A program made the position numbers and the translations under genes. A stretch of 18,505 bases of DNA, from positions 1 through 18,505 of the forward strand of contig PWMT01000096.1 of NCBI GenBank assembly GCA_003558085.1, in the 5' to 3' direction. This document shows, one piece after another, positions 1 to 9,974 of this stretch. This DNA is from Methanobacteriaceae archaeon. GTDB lineage: Archaea; Methanobacteriota; Methanobacteria; Methanobacteriales; Methanobacteriaceae. Numbering within the stretch: position 1 is the first letter of the stretch; the number at the start of each line of letters is the position of its first letter. The notes beneath the pieces were generated by a model, which searched no databases, had not been told where the DNA came from, and saw only the letters and a program-made list of their open reading frames with translations.

Positions 1-472
1 CTAATGCACGTGCAATTGCTACTCTCTGTCTTTCCCCACCAGATAATTCGGTGGGTTTTCTTTCACTTTTATCACTTAATCCCATGTATTTCAGTAATTG
101 CAGGGCCCTTTCTTTCATTTGGGTTGGAGACATTTGCTTTTCATACATAGGTATTTCCACATTCTCCAATACAGTGAGGTTGGGTATGAGGTTATGTAAC
201 TGGAAAATAAATCCTATTTCAGTGGATCTAAATTCACTCAAATCCTTCTCCTGTATAAGATCTTTACCGGAAACCAGAATACTTCCCTTATCTGCCTTAT
301 CCAAGGCCCCAATCATATTTAAAAGAGTCGATTTACCTGAACCTGAGGGTCCAATAATGGATACAAATTCACCTTTTTTTATTTCCAGATTTATCCCATT
401 TAAGGCGGTTATTTTGCCTTTATCAAAGCTTTTATGGAGATTATGGATTTCCACTATAGTTTCCTTATTCAT
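1..472 (-). CDS. ABC transporter ATP-binding protein, LolD/MacB-like (3' end runs off the window)
   Basis: Not in the ORF track. Manual translation from ATG at 472: MNKETIVEIHNLHKSFDKGK..., Walker A GPSGSGKST, Q-loop IGFIFQLHNL, signature LSGGERQRVAIARAL at the window edge. The start overlaps the permease stop. Confidence 0.95.
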   Translation of the reverse strand, partial: MNKETIVEIHNLHKSFDKGKITALNGINLEIKKGEFVSIIGPSGSGKSTLLNMIGALDKADKGSILVSGKDLIQEKDLSEFRSTEIGFIFQLHNLIPNLTVLENVEIPMYEKQMSPTQMKERALQLLKYMGLSDKSERKPTELSGGERQRVAIARAL

Positions 473-1580
473 AGCGCAAAGCCTCTGTTGGGGGTAATCT
501 GCTGGCCCGATAAGCAGGATAAAATCCTCCTAATAGGCCCACTGCTAGGGCCACTGAGAATCCTCTTAAAAAAACATTCAGGGTGTATACTGGTGTTATG
601 AAATCCCTCATACCCAATATTAGCAGAATCTGTATAGCTATAATTCCCATCAGGGCTCCTACTAAACCAGCTACCAGGGTTAAAACTATGGATTCTCCAA
701 GTATCATCCCTAAGATTCTCTTCTCCTTCCATCCTACTGCTTTTAGAACACCTATTTCCCTAGTTCTTTCATATACAGACATGATCATAGTATTAACTAC
801 GCCGATACCACCAATGACAATAGCTAAAAGAGATATAGACCAGGAGGCAGTATCAATGGTTTGCAGTCCCTGAGAAATACTGGCTATATCTTCTAGGGAA
901 GAAATGGTGGTTAAATCTTCACCATACTGATTTTCTATGGCTGCTGTAACTTCCTCAATCTGGGCATCAGTTTCGATCTGGGCATAGATCATGGTGATTA
1001 TGTTCTCTTTATTTTCGATTTCCTGAACATTTTCCAGGCTTAGGAAGGCGCCTCCATCCTGTTGCAAATCACCTGTTTCGAAGACACCGGTTATTTCATA
1101 TTCTTCCCGATTTAAAGTTAGATCATCTCCCACATTTTTTTCTAATCTTTCAGAAGCCACCTTACCTAAAATAAGTTCATTGGATTCTCCAGAAGCAAAT
1201 GCTCTACCTTCGGTAACTTTAATGTTACTTATTGCAAATTTTTCTGGGTCTATACCTACTATAACAAAAAATGGCTGGTCTTCTACTCTCGAAGAAGCCA
1301 TTAATATTCCTACCGTATCACGAACACCTTCCACCTCATTTATTTTTTCCACGTAATCTTCATCGATTTCACTACCAAATAAATCAGGAGCATCAGACTC
1401 TGCTATGCTGAAATCAGCTCCTCCAGCGGTTAATGTCTCTTCTGTGGAAAGTTTCAGTCCATCGGTTATAATACCCAAGGTTATAATGGTGGCGATTCCA
1501 ATGGCTATACCTATGATAGCCAGGATAGTGCGGGTTTTGTTTCTAAAAGGGTTTTTAAGAATTAATGTAAAAAACTTCAT
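465..1580 (-). CDS. ABC transporter permease, MacB/FtsX (LolC/E-like) family
   Basis: N-terminal RNKTRTILAIIGIAIG TM helix, large extracytoplasmic domain, conserved SVYERTREIGVLKAVGW and C-terminal YPAYRASRLPPTEALRYE motifs. Confidence 0.93.
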   Translation of the reverse strand: MKFFTLILKNPFRNKTRTILAIIGIAIGIATIITLGIITDGLKLSTEETLTAGGADFSIAESDAPDLFGSEIDEDYVEKINEVEGVRDTVGILMASSRVEDQPFFVIVGIDPEKFAISNIKVTEGRAFASGESNELILGKVASERLEKNVGDDLTLNREEYEITGVFETGDLQQDGGAFLSLENVQEIENKENIITMIYAQIETDAQIEEVTAAIENQYGEDLTTISSLEDIASISQGLQTIDTASWSISLLAIVIGGIGVVNTMIMSVYERTREIGVLKAVGWKEKRILGMILGESIVLTLVAGLVGALMGIIAIQILLILGMRDFITPVYTLNVFLRGFSVALAVGLLGGFYPAYRASRLPPTEALRYE

Positions 1581-1592
1581 AGTATGCTATGC

Positions 1593-1630
1593 TTAGTGCA
1601 CCTAATATAAATATTTGATTGAAGCACTAA
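1593..1630 (-). promoter_or_regulatory. TATA box of the ABC permease gene, flanked by inverted repeat TTAGTGC-N24-GCACTAA
   Basis: Minus strand reads TTTATATTA at 1611-1603, about 25 nt before ATG 1580. No SD is present. Perfect 7-bp arms at 1593-1599 and 1624-1630. Confidence 0.5.
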
Positions 1631-1877
1631 TTAGTAAAATTACGTATTATAATATCTAAATTATCATTTAGTACTTAACTAAGTTTTTTTATGATAAATA
1701 AGCCTTTATTCATAAGCCATAAGTTTATTCAATAATCTAAAACAATTTTCTATTATTATTTCAATAATAGCCTTTTTTTCTTTTAAATATAATTAAAGTG
1801 TTGAATTATTATTAAAAATTAAATATTAAGGAAGACATAGAGTAATATGTGAAAAATCTACTTGGTGGAGGGATGAG

Positions 1878-2198
1878 ATGAAAAAAGATATATTTTATGG
1901 TAAAGGAATGTCCCATGTTAAAAAAGACTATCCTGACATATACTCAGCAGTGGTGGAACTAAACAAGGCAGCTTACACTGGAAAAGAATTGAAATATAGG
2001 ACTCAAAAATTAATAGCTGTGGGAATTACCGCTGCCAGTTCAGATGATAGAGCTATGAAGAAACAAATGCGTAGTGCCATGCGTGAATTTGATATTACCG
2101 CGGATGAGATAGTGGATGTGCTGCGGGTGGTTCTTTTAACTTCAGGAATGCCGCCTTTTACCAAGGCCATGCGCATACTATATGAATTGCTGGAATAA
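1878..2198 (+). CDS. Carboxymuconolactone decarboxylase (CMD/AhpD-like) family protein, Cys-free
   Basis: SD GGTGGAGG upstream. CMD-like pattern L..RTQKLIAVGITA...A....ITADEIVDVL....LTSGMP. 106 aa, no CxxC. Confidence 0.8.
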   Translation: MKKDIFYGKGMSHVKKDYPDIYSAVVELNKAAYTGKELKYRTQKLIAVGITAASSDDRAMKKQMRSAMREFDITADEIVDVLRVVLLTSGMPPFTKAMRILYELLE

Positions 2199-2217
2199 AT
2201 TCCTAATTCCATAAAAA

Positions 2218-2769
2218 ATGAATTCATTGCTAGAATTATTAAAAGAAGGGGATCTTCGATCTGATGGCCGTGCTAACGAGGTAGCACTCAAAGTTATAAA
2301 AAACCCTGAACTTTTTGATCTTTTATGGGAGGGACTCTTTGAAGCGGACAAAGTGGTAAGGGGTCGGACTGCACATGCTTTAGAAAAAGTTTCAAGAAAT
2401 AAAAATGTTTTATTCAGCAATTTAGCCGATAAAATTATGTATAAAGCTTTAAATGATGATATACCCATGGTGAAATGGCATTTAGCCATGTTAATATCTA
2501 ATTTGAAACTTTCTACATCAGAAACCAGTCGGGCCATATCCACCTTACTAAAACTATTAGATGATCCCAGTATATTTGTTAAAACTTGGTCCATTTACAC
2601 TCTAACCATACTGGCCATGGAAAACCCGGAGAAAACCCAATTGATTAGGGAAAAAATCGCTGCCCATAAACATCATAAGAGTGTTGCAGTTCAAAATAGA
2701 GTTTCCAAATCACTGGAAGTTTTGGATGACGGTGTTGATTTGCCTAAATGGTGGTCCAAGAAACCTTAA
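2218..2769 (+). CDS. HEAT/armadillo-like helical repeat protein, function unknown
   Basis: Repeated helical units (D.VVRGRTAHALEK, DDIPMVKWHLA, DDPSIFVKTWSI, SVAVQNRV). Co-oriented 19 bp after the CMD-like gene. Confidence 0.7.
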   Translation: MNSLLELLKEGDLRSDGRANEVALKVIKNPELFDLLWEGLFEADKVVRGRTAHALEKVSRNKNVLFSNLADKIMYKALNDDIPMVKWHLAMLISNLKLSTSETSRAISTLLKLLDDPSIFVKTWSIYTLTILAMENPEKTQLIREKIAAHKHHKSVAVQNRVSKSLEVLDDGVDLPKWWSKKP

Positions 2770-2970
2770 ACAGGCCCTTTATATATTTATTCATAATAAG
2801 GCAGATTCCTAGAATAAATATTACAACATGACCTTTCTCCTAGATAAATGGTTCAGCTATAAGTTGAATTTTTATCTATAAATTCTAACTATAAATGGGG
2901 TATTGCTGATGGATTAGGATTCTTAAGGATTGATTTTAATAATACTAATTTTTTTAGGTTTAATTAATTT

Positions 2971-3060
2971 TAGCTTTATTAGAAGATATAAGTGTAGAAT
3001 TAGTGGTATTAGAAGAGATAAATGTTAATTTAAGGTTATTAGCATAGATGAAGAGATAAG
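2971..3060. repeat. Three degenerate copies of a 30-bp unit
   Basis: tagctttattagaagatataagtgtagaat / tagtggtattagaagagataaatgttaatt / taaggttattagcatagatgaagagataag. TATTAG recurs at 2977, 3007 and 3037. Confidence 0.5.
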
Positions 3061-3143
3061 AGTGAGCTAAAGGAATGGAAATAAAAATCATATTTAAAGA
3101 ACACCTAATCCCATCTATTTAATTAACTGTCTGTATTTTTTAG

Positions 3144-3158
3144 CACAAACTTTTTAAG
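3144..3158 (+). promoter_or_regulatory. Probable BRE/TATA promoter of the rpl15e superoperon
   Basis: cacaaac-TTTTTAAG about 25-30 nt upstream of the GC-rich leader starting near 3178-3181. Confidence 0.55.
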
Positions 3159-3177
3159 TAATCATGATCAACATTGA

Positions 3178-3263
3178 TCACCGCCAATTGGTGGATAATA
3201 AATACTCTTTTTAGGGACCAGGTCCCTTGGATGTGGCGTAAGCTGAACAAAGAGGTGTTTTTA
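3178..3263 (+). ncRNA. Structured 5' leader of rpl15e, candidate eL15-Euryarchaeota ribosomal leader
   Basis: GC-rich hairpins in AT-rich DNA: ccgcc-aatt-ggtgg (3181-3194), agggac-cag-gtccct (3213-3227), ggc-GTAA-gct GNRA tetraloop (3235-3244), then SD GAGGTG (3252-3257). Confidence 0.55.
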
Positions 3264-3809
3264 ATGTATAAATATGTAAAAGATGCATGGAAAAATCCAA
3301 AAGAATCCTATGTAAGGGAACTAATGTGGGAGAGAGCTCCAAAATGGAGACGAGAAAACATTATTGAGAGAATAGATAAACCTACCCGTATTGACCGAGC
3401 ACGATCTTTAGGTTATAAGGCCAAAAAAGGATATATAGTGGTTAGAACCCGAGTTAGACGTGGTGGAAGAAGAAAAACTCGATTCAAGTCAGGTAGAAGA
3501 GCTAAAAGAATGGGTGTACGTAAAATTACTCCTAAAAAATCCCTGCAAAGAATAGCTGAAGAGAGAGTGGCTCGAAAATTCCCCAACCTGGAGGTATTAA
3601 ATTCCTACTGGGTCTGGAAAGATGGTAAATTCAAATTCTACGAAGTCATCTTGGTGGATCCCCACCACCCTTCTATAAAAAATGATCCTAAAATTAACTG
3701 GATCTGCGATAAACAGCACCATGGAAGAGCATTTAGGGGACTTACAAGTCAGGGTAAAAAGACTCGTGGTTTACGTGGAAAAGGAAAAGGCGCTGAAAAA
3801 GTAAGATAA
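3264..3809 (+). CDS. rpl15e: 50S ribosomal protein L15e (eL15)
   Basis: [10 protein letters not shown]..., [35 protein letters not shown] motifs. Start moved from TTG 3174 to ATG 3264, which follows SD GAGGTG. Confidence 0.98.
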   Translation: MYKYVKDAWKNPKESYVRELMWERAPKWRRENIIERIDKPTRIDRARSLGYKAKKGYIVVRTRVRRGGRRKTRFKSGRRAKRMGVRKITPKKSLQRIAEERVARKFPNLEVLNSYWVWKDGKFKFYEVILVDPHHPSIKNDPKINWICDKQHHGRAFRGLTSQGKKTRGLRGKGKGAEKVR

Positions 3810-3862
3810 TAAGCTTACTTTTTTATTTTATTTATTTTAATTATTAGTTTTTAAGGTTAGTT

Positions 3863-4282
3863 ATGATCCATAATATTAGCTATAGAGTTTTTGTTCATGG
3901 AACAGAAAAGGAAAGTAAAGTATTGGAAGCTCTCAAAAATATTTTTCCCAACGCCAAACCAGAAAGAGAGCTTAGCCAAGGCCACCATAAAAATGAGATT
4001 ATAATACTACATCAAAAACTAGTAAAAAAAGATGAAATTAATCCATTCCTTAGAAAAATTAAATCATTAGAATCAGCATCTAGGGAAGACATTTTAAATA
4101 ATTTGGATAAGAAAATGGATTATAAAGGAAATTTATTCATCCGTTTAAGTAAACAATCTGCCTTTTTAGGTAAATGGAAGATGATGGAACACGGTGACTC
4201 TATTCACATACGTTTAAAATTTGCAGCTTATCCTGCCAAAAAAGAAGTGGCTTTGAAAATAGCCCAGGAATGGTTGGATTAA
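3863..4282 (+). CDS. Predicted RNA-binding protein (DUF54/COG1325-like, exosome-operon associated)
   Basis: FVHGTE...KVLEAL and LFIRLSKQ.A..G......GDSI motifs. Conserved position between rpl15e and rnp3. Confidence 0.85.
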   Translation: MIHNISYRVFVHGTEKESKVLEALKNIFPNAKPERELSQGHHKNEIIILHQKLVKKDEINPFLRKIKSLESASREDILNNLDKKMDYKGNLFIRLSKQSAFLGKWKMMEHGDSIHIRLKFAAYPAKKEVALKIAQEWLD

Positions 4283-4283
4283 A

Positions 4284-5027
4284 TTGAAGTTCTTTGATTT
4301 TCATCTTAGAGGAAAAAATCTGGAAGCTGACCATACTTTAATTAAAGAAGCACTTAGATTAGGATATGCGGGAGTTTCCTTATTTTATCTGGAAAAGGAT
4401 TATAAATTAGCTTTAAAATATTTAGATAGAATAAGAGCAGATATAAATTTGAATAATTATTCTTTAAATCATTCCTCAGGAAATATTACAGATTTTCAAA
4501 TAATAGCTGGCCTTAAATTAAAGCCCAAAAACCCCCTTGATTTGCAAAAAAAGATCAGAAACTTACCTAAAACTGATATATTGATGGTCCAGGGAGGGGA
4601 TTTGAAAATTAATCGGGCAGCCTGTGAAAACATTAAAGTTGATATACTATCTAGACCATATTACAAGCGAAGAGATTCTGGAATTAACCATGTTTTAGCT
4701 AAAGAAGCTTTTAAAAATAATGTGAGTATTGAAATATCGTTGAATGATCTTTTAAGATCTAAAAATAGTTTAAGAGCTAAAATAATCAGTTATTTTCATG
4801 ATATTATCAAATTACATCGTAAATTCAACTTTCCTTTATTAATTTCCAGTGGAGCTGCTTCTTTCTATGATTTACGTACTCCTAGAGATCTTATAGCGTT
4901 GTTCAAATGTTTAAATATGAATGAAGATGAGATAATAACTTCAATATCCCATTTACCTCGCTCTATACTGGATAATAGCCTGCAGAGGAAGAATACCATT
5001 GTATCTGGGGTAAAAGTAATCCCCTGA
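4284..5027 (+). CDS. rnp3: RNase P protein component 3 (Rpp30)
   Basis: TTG start. VQGGDLKINRAACEN..VDILSRP and ISSGA.SFYDLRTPRD motifs. Confidence 0.93.
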   Translation: MKFFDFHLRGKNLEADHTLIKEALRLGYAGVSLFYLEKDYKLALKYLDRIRADINLNNYSLNHSSGNITDFQIIAGLKLKPKNPLDLQKKIRNLPKTDILMVQGGDLKINRAACENIKVDILSRPYYKRRDSGINHVLAKEAFKNNVSIEISLNDLLRSKNSLRAKIISYFHDIIKLHRKFNFPLLISSGAASFYDLRTPRDLIALFKCLNMNEDEIITSISHLPRSILDNSLQRKNTIVSGVKVIP

Positions 5028-5210
5028 AAATAGGAAAATGATATTTTGATCATGGATATTATAACATCTGTTAATCTAGTTTAATATCCCTGAATCCTAA
5101 TAAACTCTATTTTTTCTCTGGCTAATTCTATCTTGGATAAGAAATAGCTAAAAAATTTGAGATATTCTTTACTTTTTTGACCAGGAAAATTTAAATGGAA
5201 GAAAAAAACT

Positions 5211-5600
5211 ATGAAACTTAAAACACTTCCTCCAACTTTAAGGGAGGATAAAAGATATCTGGCATTTGAAGTACTATCCTCTCAAGATTTAAGTAGAGAT
5301 GAATTAATCTTTATGATATGGGATGCTTGTTTAAAGTTTCATGGTGAATGTGAAACCAGTAAATTTCGGTTATGGCTAAATAGATCCTGGAATTTAACTT
5401 CAAAAAATGATTCTAATCAGTTATCTCATTGGAAGGGAATTTTACAGTGCAGCAGAGGATATGAAGAAAAGGTGCGCGGAGCTTTATGTCTTTTAACTTA
5501 TTATAATCAGAAAAGAATAGTATTTCATACCCTGGGTATAGCTGGCACCATTTCCTCATTAATAAAAAAGTTTATTAAACCAGTCCCTAAGATAGATTAA
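5211..5600 (+). CDS. rnp2: RNase P protein component 2 (Pop5/Rpp14)
   Basis: LPPTLREDKRYLAFEV N-terminus and TLGIAGTI C-terminal motif. Confidence 0.93.
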   Translation: MKLKTLPPTLREDKRYLAFEVLSSQDLSRDELIFMIWDACLKFHGECETSKFRLWLNRSWNLTSKNDSNQLSHWKGILQCSRGYEEKVRGALCLLTYYNQKRIVFHTLGIAGTISSLIKKFIKPVPKID

Positions 5601-5739
5601 TAAGTATACATATATTAGAACCATAATATTATTAAAAAATAGATTTTTTTAGAATATAAATCATTTTAATAAAGAAATAAATAAATTTAGATGGTAAATC
5701 ATTTTCATAAGAAAATAAAAAAATTAGAGAGGTATACAT

Positions 5740-6486
5740 ATGCAACCACTTCAGAGTGCAGGATATGATAGGGCTATCACCGTATTTAGTCCAGATGGAA
5801 GACTATTTCAGGTTGAATATGCAAGAGAGGCCGTAAAAAGAGGTACCACTTCTTTAGGTGTAAAGTCAGCTGAAGGAATAGTGCTGGTAGTGGATAAGAG
5901 ACCCACCAGCAAACTGGTAGAACCTAAATCCATAGAAAAAATATTCCAGATAGATGAACATATTGGGACTGCTACCTCTGGTTTAGTGGCAGATGCCCGG
6001 GCAATTATTGAAAAAGCAAGAATTGAAGCTCAGATTAATAGAATAACCTATAATGAACCCATCAGAGTAGAATCTTTAGCTAAAAAAATATGTGACATGA
6101 AACAGATGTATACTCAGCATGGAGGAGTACGTCCTTTTGGATCAGCTTTAATTATTGGCGGAGTTAACGGTAAAGGATGTCATTTATTTGAAACCGATCC
6201 TAGTGGAGCTTTAATTGAATATAAAGCTACAGCTATAGGTGCTGGAAGAGCTGCAGCCATGGAAGAATTTGAAAAGAAATATAAAGAAAACTTGAGTATG
6301 GAAGAATCTATTGAACTGGCATTAGATGCTGTTTATGAAGCAACTGAAGGAAAAACAACTCCTGAGAGTGTGGAAATAGCAGTCATTGATTCTAGAGATA
6401 AGCAATATAAAAAATTAACTGAAGAAGAAATAAAAGATCATGTAGAAGAGCTTCTCTTAAGAAAGGAAAAAGAAGAAGAGGAATAA
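5740..6486 (+). CDS. psmA: Proteasome subunit alpha
   Basis: [24 protein letters not shown] signature. SD GAGGT upstream. Confidence 0.99.
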   Translation: MQPLQSAGYDRAITVFSPDGRLFQVEYAREAVKRGTTSLGVKSAEGIVLVVDKRPTSKLVEPKSIEKIFQIDEHIGTATSGLVADARAIIEKARIEAQINRITYNEPIRVESLAKKICDMKQMYTQHGGVRPFGSALIIGGVNGKGCHLFETDPSGALIEYKATAIGAGRAAAMEEFEKKYKENLSMEESIELALDAVYEATEGKTTPESVEIAVIDSRDKQYKKLTEEEIKDHVEELLLRKEKEEEE

Positions 6487-6490
6487 AAAG

Positions 6491-7195
6491 ATGGTAACTC
6501 TTGAAGATGCTGTCATCGCCCGTTTAGAATCACATGGTGAACGATTCGAAATTTTAGTTGATCCTGATTTAGCCTCTGAATTGAAAAGAGATGTCACTCA
6601 AACTGATATTGAATTAGAAGAGGCATTAGCAGTACAGGAAATATTCAAAGACTCTAAAAAGGGAGACAAAGCATCTGAAGAAGCCATGCTAAAAGTATTT
6701 GATAGTATAGATCCCTTGGAAGTGGCGCTGGCCATTATACAGAAGGGACAGATACAACTTACTGCCCAACAACGGCGGAAAATGCAAGAGGAAAAACACA
6801 AGAAAATTGTAAATAAAATAGCTAGAGAAGCTATAAATCCTCAAACTGGGCTACCTCACCCCACAAGGCGTATAGAAAATGCGATGGAAGAGTCAAAAAT
6901 TCATATTGATCCATTCAAACCAGTTGATGAACAACTCAAACTGGTATTAAAGGCCATTCGCACTAAAATTCCCATAAAAATCGAAAAAGTTAAGATGGCT
7001 ATAAAAATCCCTGGTGAATACGCTGGCGGATCCTATGCAGATATTTCTAAATTTGGGAAAATTATTCAAGAAGAATGGCAACAGGATGGTTCATGGATAG
7101 CTGTAGTTGAGATACCTGGAGGCTTACAAGACAGTTTTTTTCAAAAAATGAGCCAAATTACAGGTGGAAATGTCGAAGCAAAGGCTATCAAATAA
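6491..7195 (+). CDS. Ribosome maturation factor SBDS/Sdo1 homolog
   Basis: [41 protein letters not shown] motifs. Confidence 0.97.
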   Translation: MVTLEDAVIARLESHGERFEILVDPDLASELKRDVTQTDIELEEALAVQEIFKDSKKGDKASEEAMLKVFDSIDPLEVALAIIQKGQIQLTAQQRRKMQEEKHKKIVNKIAREAINPQTGLPHPTRRIENAMEESKIHIDPFKPVDEQLKLVLKAIRTKIPIKIEKVKMAIKIPGEYAGGSYADISKFGKIIQEEWQQDGSWIAVVEIPGGLQDSFFQKMSQITGGNVEAKAIK

Positions 7196-7247
7196 AATAT
7201 TCTTCTTTTAGCTATCTAGGTGGCCTTCCCCAAAAAGGAGGCATAAC

Positions 7248-8099
7248 ATGATATTTGTAAATGATAAAGATCTAGTAGTACCTGGTGAAATACTGGCTGA
7301 AGATGATTTTCATCCGGGAAGAGGGACTTTTAAGGAAGAAAATAAGATTTGCTCATCGGTAGTGGGATTGATTGCTCTAAGAAATAAAAAAATTAGTGTA
7401 ATCCCACTGCAAAGTAAATATATTCCTAAAAGAGGTGACGTGGTGATTGGTGAAATCACTGATATCAGATTCTCCATGTGGGGATTGGATATTAATTCTC
7501 CCTATTCCGGTCTTTTACCTGCTTCCGAAGTATTTGGAAAAGAAAAAAGAGAATTGGATAAGGTTTTTAAAATAGGAGATGTTCTCTTTCTAAGAGTAGT
7601 AGACGTGGATGAAGTTAGAAAAGTTAAACTCGGATTAAAAGGACGTGGCTTAGGTAAATTCAAGGGTGGTATATTGATCTACATCACCCCTACCAAAGTA
7701 CCCCGTTTAATAGGTAAAAAGGGCTCCATGATTAACATGATTAAGGATAAAACTAATTGTGAGATCGTAGTGGGTCAAAATGGAGTGGTATGGGTTAATG
7801 GTGACATTGAAATGGAGAGAGTCGCTGAAAAGGTTATCAAGATGATTCAAAAACAGGCCCATACTTCTGGCTTAACAGACCGTGTCCGGGAAATGCTAGC
7901 CCAATTAACTGGTGAAGAACTAGAAGTTAGTAAAGATACCGAAGCAGTAGAGGGAGAGGAAAATGATAATGATAATGCTTCATCAGAGGATGAAAAGGAT
8001 GTTAAACAAGAAAATGATACTAATTCATCCGAAAAAGATAATAAAAACATCCCTCGAGAAATTTTTGAATCTAAATTAAACTTAAATCATAAGAGGTGA
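7248..8099 (+). CDS. rrp4: Exosome RNA-binding subunit Rrp4 (S1+KH) with acidic C-terminal tail
   Basis: [11 protein letters not shown] (S1), [12 protein letters not shown] (KH), [24 protein letters not shown]. Confidence 0.97.
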   Translation: MIFVNDKDLVVPGEILAEDDFHPGRGTFKEENKICSSVVGLIALRNKKISVIPLQSKYIPKRGDVVIGEITDIRFSMWGLDINSPYSGLLPASEVFGKEKRELDKVFKIGDVLFLRVVDVDEVRKVKLGLKGRGLGKFKGGILIYITPTKVPRLIGKKGSMINMIKDKTNCEIVVGQNGVVWVNGDIEMERVAEKVIKMIQKQAHTSGLTDRVREMLAQLTGEELEVSKDTEAVEGEENDNDNASSEDEKDVKQENDTNSSEKDNKNIPREIFESKLNLNHKR

Positions 8100-8815
8100 T
8101 TATTATCATCACACTAGGCACTAATGTTGGAACAAAAGCAAGGGAAGATGGCCGTGCTTTTGATGAGTTACGTAATTTAAAAATAGATGCAGGTGTATTA
8201 GAAAGAGCTGATGGATCTGCTTATCTGGAATTTGGTGGAAATAAAATACTGGTAGCTATATACGGTCCTAAAGAATCATATATTAGAAGATTGCAGCGAC
8301 CGGATCGGGCAGTTATACGATGCCGTTATAATATGGCTCCCTTTTCCGTGGATGATCGTAAAAGACCAGGACCGGATCGTAGATCTATTGAAATATCAAA
8401 AATAACTGCCGAGGCATTACATTCTTCAGTGATACTGGAGAAATATCCCCGATCCATGATCGAAGTATTCATTGAGGTTTTAGAAGCTGAAGGCGGTACT
8501 CGTTGTGCTGGAATTACTGCGGCCTCTGTAGCTATGGCTGATGCAGGTATACCTATGCGGGATATGGTAGTGGCCTGTGCTGCCGGTAAAGTAAATGGGG
8601 AGATAGTACTAGATCTTTCAGAAGTGGAAGATAAGGATGGTGAAGCAGATGTCCCTGTGGCTATTTTACCCCGAACTGGTCAGATAACTCTCTTGCAGAG
8701 TGATGGTAACTTAAGTGCTGATGAATTTGAAAAGGCACTTGATCTAGCTATAAAGGGCTGCCAACAGATCAGCGAAGTTCAGAAAGAAGCCCTGAAAAAT
8801 AGGTATGGTGTATAA
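8096..8815 (+). CDS. rrp41: Exosome catalytic subunit Rrp41 (RNase PH fold)
   Basis: [36 protein letters not shown] motifs. Exact start uncertain (GTG 8096 or ATC 8105). Confidence 0.97.
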   Translation: MIIIITLGTNVGTKAREDGRAFDELRNLKIDAGVLERADGSAYLEFGGNKILVAIYGPKESYIRRLQRPDRAVIRCRYNMAPFSVDDRKRPGPDRRSIEISKITAEALHSSVILEKYPRSMIEVFIEVLEAEGGTRCAGITAASVAMADAGIPMRDMVVACAAGKVNGEIVLDLSEVEDKDGEADVPVAILPRTGQITLLQSDGNLSADEFEKALDLAIKGCQQISEVQKEALKNRYGV

Positions 8816-9605
8816 AATGAAAATTGTACCAGAAATAACTCGTAAAAGTATAACCAATCTTATCAACCAACAAGAACGAGTTGATGGTAGAGCCATGGAT
8901 GAATTTAGAGAGATATCCCTGGAAAGTGGAATAATTTCCAAAGCAGAAGGCTCTGCTCGGGTGAAGATAGGTAACACCCAAATCATTGTAGGAGCCAAAC
9001 CCCAATTAGGTGAACCCTTCCCAGATACTCCTAATTTAGGAGTCTTAATAACTAATTCTGAATTGCTTCCTATGGCATCACCTACTTTTGAACCAGGACC
9101 TCCTGATGAACGATCAGTTGAATTATCTAGAGTGGTAGATAGATGTATCCGAGAATCTCAGATGGTGGATCTGGAAGAATTATGTATAATTCCAGGGAAA
9201 AAGGTTTGGATGATATTCCTAGATCTGCATATTCTAGATTATGATGGCAACCTCATGGATGCTGCTGCGCTGGCCACGGTAGCTGCCTTGAAAAATACTC
9301 AAATACCTAATACCCAGGTAGAAGATAATGAAGTGATAATGGATCAGGAAGAGATGAAACCACTTCCTCTTAAGGAAGAAGCATTAATGTGTACTTTTGC
9401 TAAAATAGGAGATGAACTGGTACTTGATCCTTCCCTAGACGAGGAAAAGATATTATCAGCTAGATTATCTATTGGAATAACTTCATCAGGAAAAATATGT
9501 GCCATGCAAAAGGGTGGTGATCATCCCTTAACTAAAGAGGAAATTTTAAAGGCAGTTAAAATTGCTGAAGTAAAAACCCAGGATCTGATGAAACACTTGG
9601 AGTAA
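8805..9605 (+). CDS. rrp42: Exosome subunit Rrp42
   Basis: [48 protein letters not shown]. Start may be ATG 8817. Confidence 0.97.
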   Translation: MVYKMKIVPEITRKSITNLINQQERVDGRAMDEFREISLESGIISKAEGSARVKIGNTQIIVGAKPQLGEPFPDTPNLGVLITNSELLPMASPTFEPGPPDERSVELSRVVDRCIRESQMVDLEELCIIPGKKVWMIFLDLHILDYDGNLMDAAALATVAALKNTQIPNTQVEDNEVIMDQEEMKPLPLKEEALMCTFAKIGDELVLDPSLDEEKILSARLSIGITSSGKICAMQKGGDHPLTKEEILKAVKIAEVKTQDLMKHLE

Positions 9606-9974
9606 TCAAATTTTAAATCTTTACCTTTAAATATTCCTTTAATTATATTTCAAGTAATTACATCTAGCAGCGTCCCTTTAGTTCTATTTAAGGCGGATCA
9701 TCTTTTACTCCTCACCTTAATATAATATCAGTTTTAAGAGAGATAATCGAAATTTATGTTTATGATAAAAACTTTTATCTCCAGAATCAAGCTGAACTAT
9801 TATCGAACTTAAATAGATCATGCTCAGAGTTAAACCTTAACAGCAGATAAATGGATATTTAACCTATCTATCTTTCTAATCCTAATATTGATGGAAGGGG
9901 AGCTAACAGGAAATGAATTTTCTTGAAGTTTATAGTCAACTATTAATTAAATTAATTTATTGGAAGTGATATTT

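Noticed and set aside
51-497. 148-aa + strand ORF
   Set aside because: Antisense shadow of the minus-strand ABC ATPase, which carries all the motifs.
2971-3060. Possible CRISPR array
   Set aside because: Units are contiguous and degenerate, with no spacers and no cas genes.
3174-3263. 30-aa N-terminal extension of L15e in the ORF track
   Set aside because: A good SD precedes ATG 3264, and the region looks like a structured leader.
5119-5150. Imperfect hairpin between rnp3 and rnp2
   Set aside because: AT-rich with bulges; not distinguishable from chance by eye.
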